The translations under genes were made by a program, and so were the position numbers. DNA of 64,000 bases from a virus (Duplodnaviria > Caudoviricetes). The DNA lies in the IMG/VR virus record IMGVR_UViG_3300021964_000054, positions 582 to 64,581 of that record; one strand, written 5' to 3'. Each line of letters begins with the position of its first letter. Within the stretch, counting starts at the first letter, position 1. A model generated the notes under the pieces. The model was not told the DNA's origin. It saw only the letters and a list, made by a program, of their open reading frames with translations, and searched no databases. Shown in pieces: positions 59,106-64,000 of the stretch.

Positions 59106-61739
59106 TTAATCGTACATTGCTAGACTCATTCCATATTTAGTCCAAATGTCATTAATAGTCTGAGAAACTTTTACAAAGTCATTTGGATCACCAAAGTCAA
59201 CATGGAAAAATCTTTGATTCAAATCTCTTGTGACTTTTGCTTTAGGATCATATACTTCACCCTCAAACAACAACCCTCGTCTTCCATTCTCATCAAATGA
59301 ACCAGTAACAGACCAGTTAAATCCTGAGCTCTTCATGTAGCTTGGAGCATTTACAGTTGATGTAGAGTCACTAGCAAAGACATCAAACAAGCCATAAGAA
59401 ACAGGATTAACTGTATTTGCATCAGCATATGTAGCCAGCCTGCCCAAAGACCCCCTTCTAGCTTGAAGAGTTTCGTATGGTATTCTTAATGTCATTTGTT
59501 CTTCATCTCCTTTTATACCAAGACTTTTAGCTTCTGATGAATTCATATCAACAGATACTGTTATGATAGCATCTTGTGATGCCGGATCATATGAAACCTT
59601 CATTTGTTTTCCAAACAGATTTCTGAGATTTGTTCTATTGAGAGATTTTAGATTAACATCTTTTAGCTTGTCAGCTTCATACTCAACCTCAACGCCTTTT
59701 AAATCAGCAAGTTCAGCAATATTATACGCCTCAGATGCAGTCATACCAGTCATATTGTATGTGTTTCCAGTAGGCCTACTTCTTGAAGAGAACTCACTAC
59801 TTATAGATTTTTCACTTAAGAAGTTTCTCTCAGCTTCACTGAGCCCACTAAGGTCATAGATAGGACTTCCACTTCCAGTGTATCCAACTATAGGAGCATC
59901 TTCAAATATTTCTTTCATGTCATCTTGCTGTGCAAGTTTAGCTATGTTTTCATAGTTAGCATTGATATTTTTTCTCTCCTGAACCAAAGTTCTCATGTCT
60001 GAAAATGCACCATCAAATATTGGGAAATACTTCTGTGCCTCAGCACTTTTACCAGACTTCTTATACATTGATAGTTTATTGCTTGCAAAATCATAAGTCT
60101 GCATAACTAGATTGTCAACCAAAGCTGCTGCTTCTGCAGCATTTTGTGGAGTTGCAACTTGATTCATATCTGTACCTCCAACCTTATTATAATATTCTAC
60201 TAATGCACGTTTGTCTTGATCATTTAAAACAACATTTTGCCCTTCTGACATTTTCCTAACTTTGGCAATTGTAGGAACATATTTACCATAATCAGAGTTC
60301 TTAGCTAAAGCTAGATTTACAATACCCTTTTCAGCAGCAAAAACTTTATTATAAAGATCACCTTTAGTCTTATCATAAGATGCCTCCAAAGCTTCAACAC
60401 CTGTGTAGTTAGCACCTTCTTCTCCTGGCGCAGTAAACTGACCCATGTTCTCTTCACCAGGCATCTCACCTTTATTTACAGCTTTTTGCATTTCAAAGGC
60501 CATCTTTTCATTATGCATTTTTTGCTGATGAGCCATTTTCATTTTAGCTAATCTTTCTTGAGATGATATTCTCATTTGAGTAAGATAAACTTGATCTGCC
60601 TCCATATCCATTTTTGCAGTCGCATCTGCATAATTCATAGCCCACTGCATTGCAGTAGCTTGTCTTGCACCTGCAGTAAGATGACTATAAATGTTGTTGG
60701 ATACATAGGAAGGATCTTCCATAATTTTTCTAGACTCTTCAGATGCATTTGAATAGTTCTTTTCAAGAATATCTCTTGCCTCAAGAAGTTCCATATATTC
60801 CTCCTTAACTTCAGGCTTATCATAAGGGAAACCATCTTTGTAAAGCTGCTTATAGGTTTCAATTTTATTTTCAACTTGTGCCAAATTACTCATAGAAAAC
60901 TGAGCCTCATCACTTCTGTCTTGTTGAAGCTTCTTAGCCATGTCTTGAGAAATTGTATTAATAGCGTCTTCTCTAGAAATACCTTGCTCTTTCATCATGC
61001 TTCTGATCTGGTTTTCACCAGACACTCTTCCCATAACATCAAACTGACGATCAAATCTAGGTCCCATTACACCCATTGCCCAGCTTGTGAATGGTTTGTA
61101 TGCCATTTCACCATTTTCTATCTTATAGAGATAAGCAGGATTTTTAGGATCTTTTGTACTATACTTTATACCCAAGCCTTGCTCTTTAGCCTGTTCTGCC
61201 AAAAACTTGTTTATGTCTTCAAATGGTGTAAAGTCACGAGGAGTGACTTTTTTAATTGAACCATCACCTCTTTTTGCACTTCTTAAATCTTCTTCTGCAA
61301 AACCAATGTCCATTGCAGAATAATCACTGTACATTTCTCTTTTTTCTGGATCAGTACTGTTTTTGTATTGATCCATCAAAGATTTTTGTTGTTGATGATG
61401 CTTAGTTACATGAATGTCATAAACCAAATCTTCATCTTGAGATATAGGATTTAATAAAGCCTTTGCTTTCTTTATATTTGTTGGATCAGATAAATCTACA
61501 CCGGAAACACTATGTAAAGATTTTTGAAGCTTTCTAAACATGTCATCTCTAAACTGTCTATTCTCATCATTAGTAACTGGACTATTGAGAACTGAGTTAT
61601 ATAGACTTTTCACCTGATTAAACCCGCGATCATAGCGAGCTTGCCCAGCAGAATAAACAGCTGTTAGAAATTGCCAGTTAGGCTGATAAGGAACAATCTT
61701 CCCAAATTCATCTGTAACGCCTTTTATATAAGTTGCCAT
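59106..61739 (-). CDS. virion/cargo protein (877 aa)
   Basis: MATY..YQPNW..Q.RYD N-terminus; position upstream of ejection block. Confidence 0.65.
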   Translation of the reverse strand: MATYIKGVTDEFGKIVPYQPNWQFLTAVYSAGQARYDRGFNQVKSLYNSVLNSPVTNDENRQFRDDMFRKLQKSLHSVSGVDLSDPTNIKKAKALLNPISQDEDLVYDIHVTKHHQQQKSLMDQYKNSTDPEKREMYSDYSAMDIGFAEEDLRSAKRGDGSIKKVTPRDFTPFEDINKFLAEQAKEQGLGIKYSTKDPKNPAYLYKIENGEMAYKPFTSWAMGVMGPRFDRQFDVMGRVSGENQIRSMMKEQGISREDAINTISQDMAKKLQQDRSDEAQFSMSNLAQVENKIETYKQLYKDGFPYDKPEVKEEYMELLEARDILEKNYSNASEESRKIMEDPSYVSNNIYSHLTAGARQATAMQWAMNYADATAKMDMEADQVYLTQMRISSQERLAKMKMAHQQKMHNEKMAFEMQKAVNKGEMPGEENMGQFTAPGEEGANYTGVEALEASYDKTKGDLYNKVFAAEKGIVNLALAKNSDYGKYVPTIAKVRKMSEGQNVVLNDQDKRALVEYYNKVGGTDMNQVATPQNAAEAAALVDNLVMQTYDFASNKLSMYKKSGKSAEAQKYFPIFDGAFSDMRTLVQERKNINANYENIAKLAQQDDMKEIFEDAPIVGYTGSGSPIYDLSGLSEAERNFLSEKSISSEFSSRSRPTGNTYNMTGMTASEAYNIAELADLKGVEVEYEADKLKDVNLKSLNRTNLRNLFGKQMKVSYDPASQDAIITVSVDMNSSEAKSLGIKGDEEQMTLRIPYETLQARRGSLGRLATYADANTVNPVSYGLFDVFASDSTSTVNAPSYMKSSGFNWSVTGSFDENGRRGLLFEGEVYDPKAKVTRDLNQRFFHVDFGDPNDFVKVSQTINDIWTKYGMSLAMYD

Positions 61740-61742
61740 TCT

Positions 61743-63845
61743 TTAATATTTTTTACCCCAAGGTGTACCATAACTAGCACCAAACGGCATTGAACCACCA
61801 TCTTCGCGTGTTGACATCATCATTGGATTTGTCCTTTGATTTAGAGCAGCTTGAGCATAGCTTCTAGTTTGATTATTATTGCTTCTACCTCTTGCGTAGC
61901 ATTCTCTTTGAGCATTTTCAGCAAACTCATGGGCATTTTTAGTTTTCTTTTCATCGTCCATCTCTATGGATGTAGATTGCATATATTGATTATATGCCCT
62001 CTCATACTCACCAAAACAATCACTTGTCAAACTTTGAGGATCAGAAGTATCTTCAAGAGGATCTTTATAGTTACCAGAAGCATCCCAAGTTCTACCCATG
62101 TTGAATCTATTTGGATACTTAGCTTGTGGATACAAGTATCTTAGCAACTCATCGTTATATCTGTTTTCCTCCCCTTTGTTATACATCTCAGTCATTAATG
62201 CACGTTTTGCATTTTGTGCATTTGTAAGATTCTGACCAAATATAGCACTTTCATCTCCAAATGTTTTTCTCATTGCAAGATTTCTTTGTGCAGTATCTTG
62301 ATCTAATTGAGACTTTTGCCCATAAGCTGTGTTAAGTCTATCAACATTTCTTGTTGCTACACCTGCTATATCTTGAGCAAGTTGATTCAAGAAAGTACCT
62401 TGAGCTCCCAGGGATGCTGCTGCTGCAGCATTACCAGACATCGTATTTGCCAAAAGATTGTTATACTGATTGGACATACCTGTTGTCGCAGCAATTAGTG
62501 TGTCTGGACTTTCTAGTGCATAACCAAAAGGAGCCGGCCCCATTTGATATAGATTAGGCCTTCCCTTATATATCTTTTGACCAGCTGCTGTCAGATAGTT
62601 TCTGATGTCATTACCAAACCAAGTGTCTGGAGCAGGAGCCTCTTCTTCAAGTATTTCGCCTTCTGCTTCACAAATCTTTTGAACACTCCCTAAATCTTCA
62701 TACCCTTCACTAACTGCACCACTTGGAGGAGTAGGACTCTCACCTTCTTTTACAGTAATTGGATCACTAACTCTCTTACCACTTTCGTCTTCAATACAGT
62801 AGTAAAAGGTTTTTGTTCCAGGTTCTGGCGGATCTACGACCTCCTCTTCTTTAGGAGCCGCAACAAGTCTTTGTTGAATGTATGTATCTCCAGGCCAAAC
62901 ATTGCCCTCTATATATGTAATAGGTCTTCCACCACGACTTTGATCTGTAACACCTGTAGGGTTAATATCTAGGCCTGCCTTTCTAAATCTGTCTCTAAAT
63001 TCAGGGTTTTGTAAAACGTCCTGCATTGCTTGATAAGAAGCTTCATATCTTCTGAGATCATTGTCATCCATTGCTTCACGACCCATTTGTTCCATTATGG
63101 ATCTGTAATAGTCACCTCTTCCTGTGAGTTTTTTACCGCTTTCAGAATAACTCTTATCCCAATAATCATCTTGCAAAAAGTCACTATCGGCATAGATAGA
63201 AGATATAAGAGAAGTTTCTTCATTACCTCTAATGAGATTTTCAACAAACTGTTCTTTTGTCATTCCTCTTAAATCTGCAAGTGCTGTAGCATCAGGTGCA
63301 TTACGTGGATTCCAATATCCTACATTATTTGGATCATCAAACTTACCTTGATCAACAAGAGGGTCAGTTACAATTTTTTGATAATCATCCCACATTTCGT
63401 CAATCATATCTTGACTCTTAGGATCATTCATCAAATCTTTAAATTTCTGAGAAGTGTTAACATATTTTCCTTCCCAGTCTTCTTCATACCATTGATCACC
63501 AATATATCCAGCACCTCTTCTAACTAATGAGCCACTATTGTCATAAGTGTAGCCATAACCATTTGTACCAAAAGTTGTACTCTCTCCTGTTGTGGTATTT
63601 TTCATTGCGAATACAGACTTGTCGTCAGACTTTCTCAATACAATAACCTCTTCACCATTACCTAATGTTCTCTTGTACCTGTCAACTAAGGTTACAGTAC
63701 CATCAGGTGCAGTATAACTAAACTTCTCATCAATAAGAGTTTCATTCACTTGACCTTGAGATTGATATGATGGCAAAGTCTTTTTTGTAAGTTTGCCATT
63801 AACCATCTTGTAGTCTGCCGGATTGAATATTTGATATCTTGCCAT
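61743..63845 (-). CDS. virion/cargo protein (700 aa)
   Basis: Q/N/A-rich helical C-half; same operon. Confidence 0.65.
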   Translation of the reverse strand: MARYQIFNPADYKMVNGKLTKKTLPSYQSQGQVNETLIDEKFSYTAPDGTVTLVDRYKRTLGNGEEVIVLRKSDDKSVFAMKNTTTGESTTFGTNGYGYTYDNSGSLVRRGAGYIGDQWYEEDWEGKYVNTSQKFKDLMNDPKSQDMIDEMWDDYQKIVTDPLVDQGKFDDPNNVGYWNPRNAPDATALADLRGMTKEQFVENLIRGNEETSLISSIYADSDFLQDDYWDKSYSESGKKLTGRGDYYRSIMEQMGREAMDDNDLRRYEASYQAMQDVLQNPEFRDRFRKAGLDINPTGVTDQSRGGRPITYIEGNVWPGDTYIQQRLVAAPKEEEVVDPPEPGTKTFYYCIEDESGKRVSDPITVKEGESPTPPSGAVSEGYEDLGSVQKICEAEGEILEEEAPAPDTWFGNDIRNYLTAAGQKIYKGRPNLYQMGPAPFGYALESPDTLIAATTGMSNQYNNLLANTMSGNAAAAASLGAQGTFLNQLAQDIAGVATRNVDRLNTAYGQKSQLDQDTAQRNLAMRKTFGDESAIFGQNLTNAQNAKRALMTEMYNKGEENRYNDELLRYLYPQAKYPNRFNMGRTWDASGNYKDPLEDTSDPQSLTSDCFGEYERAYNQYMQSTSIEMDDEKKTKNAHEFAENAQRECYARGRSNNNQTRSYAQAALNQRTNPMMMSTREDGGSMPFGASYGTPWGKKY

Positions 63846-63857
63846 TTGTATTTTTTG

Positions 63858-64000
63858 TTAATCTATATCCCAAACATCTCCTGTTACAGGGCCTGGTGCT
63901 GGTCCTGGGGCAGGAGTCTTTCTAGTAGTTGTTCTACCTGTTCCTGTATTACCTTTTTTAGGCGAAGTTTTATCACCACCTGATCCAGATCCTTCTTCTG
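63858..64000 (-). CDS. partial CDS (3' end)
   Basis: ...EEGSGSGGDKTSPKKG...PAPGPAPGPVTGDVWDID*; open to window edge. Confidence 0.6.
   Translation of the reverse strand, partial: EEGSGSGGDKTSPKKGNTGTGRTTTRKTPAPGPAPGPVTGDVWDID

Larger units (their letters stand above)
1..64000. mobile_element. crAss-like (Crassvirales-type) bacteriophage genome segment
   Basis: Giant virion RNAP with DFDID among giant ejection genes; UDG-DnaB-AAA-SSB-primase-PD(D/E)XK-PolB replication block; two convergent arms meeting at a bidirectional terminator; no cellular housekeeping genes. Confidence 0.92.

Noticed and set aside
32947-63272. Numerous 60-200 aa + strand ORFs (e.g. 56084-56686, 58124-58624)
   Set aside because: Antisense shadows of giant genes with S/F/L-rich composition and no motifs.
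1-64000. Stop-codon reassignment as in some crAss-like phages
   Set aside because: Standard code gives near-complete tiling with ORFs up to 4123 aa; TAG and TGA end genes at sensible boundaries (e.g. 4197, 12244, 314).
1-64000. tRNA genes, CRISPR arrays, DGR/retron, integrase
   Set aside because: Intergenic gaps are short and I saw no cloverleaf, spaced repeats, reverse transcriptase or recombinase motifs; not verified by software.

Overview
64 kb of an AT-rich, standard-code, crAss-like (Crassvirales-type) phage genome, probably infecting Bacteroidota/Flavobacteriia. Host clues are TAnnTTTG promoter elements, AT-rich leaders without Shine-Dalgarno sites and flavobacterial-type fibre motifs. 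Positions 1-23.3 kb are a mostly + strand early/replication arm: a DUF cassette, cyclic-phosphate receiver, HNH, SF2 helicase, UDG, DnaB, Sak4-like ATPase, SSB-like protein, primase, GIY-YIG, PD-(D/E)XK exonuclease, PolB, DUF932, class II RNR, a muramidase and an ART-fold protein. A - strand u-spanin/amidase island interrupts this arm. Positions 23.4-64 kb are a - strand virion arm: fibres, holins and a block of giant ejection proteins including a 4123-aa virion RNA polymerase. The most striking observation is that four consecutive giant proteins (1881, 4123, 744 and 2038 aa; 8786 aa in total) contain only six cysteines by my reading. All six sit at the termini facing the neighbouring gene product, suggesting a head-to-tail disulfide-linked chain of injected proteins. 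These proteins carry zincin, RNAP, 2H-phosphoesterase, nucleotidyltransferase and nuclease domains. All family assignments are by motif recognition only; no searches were run.
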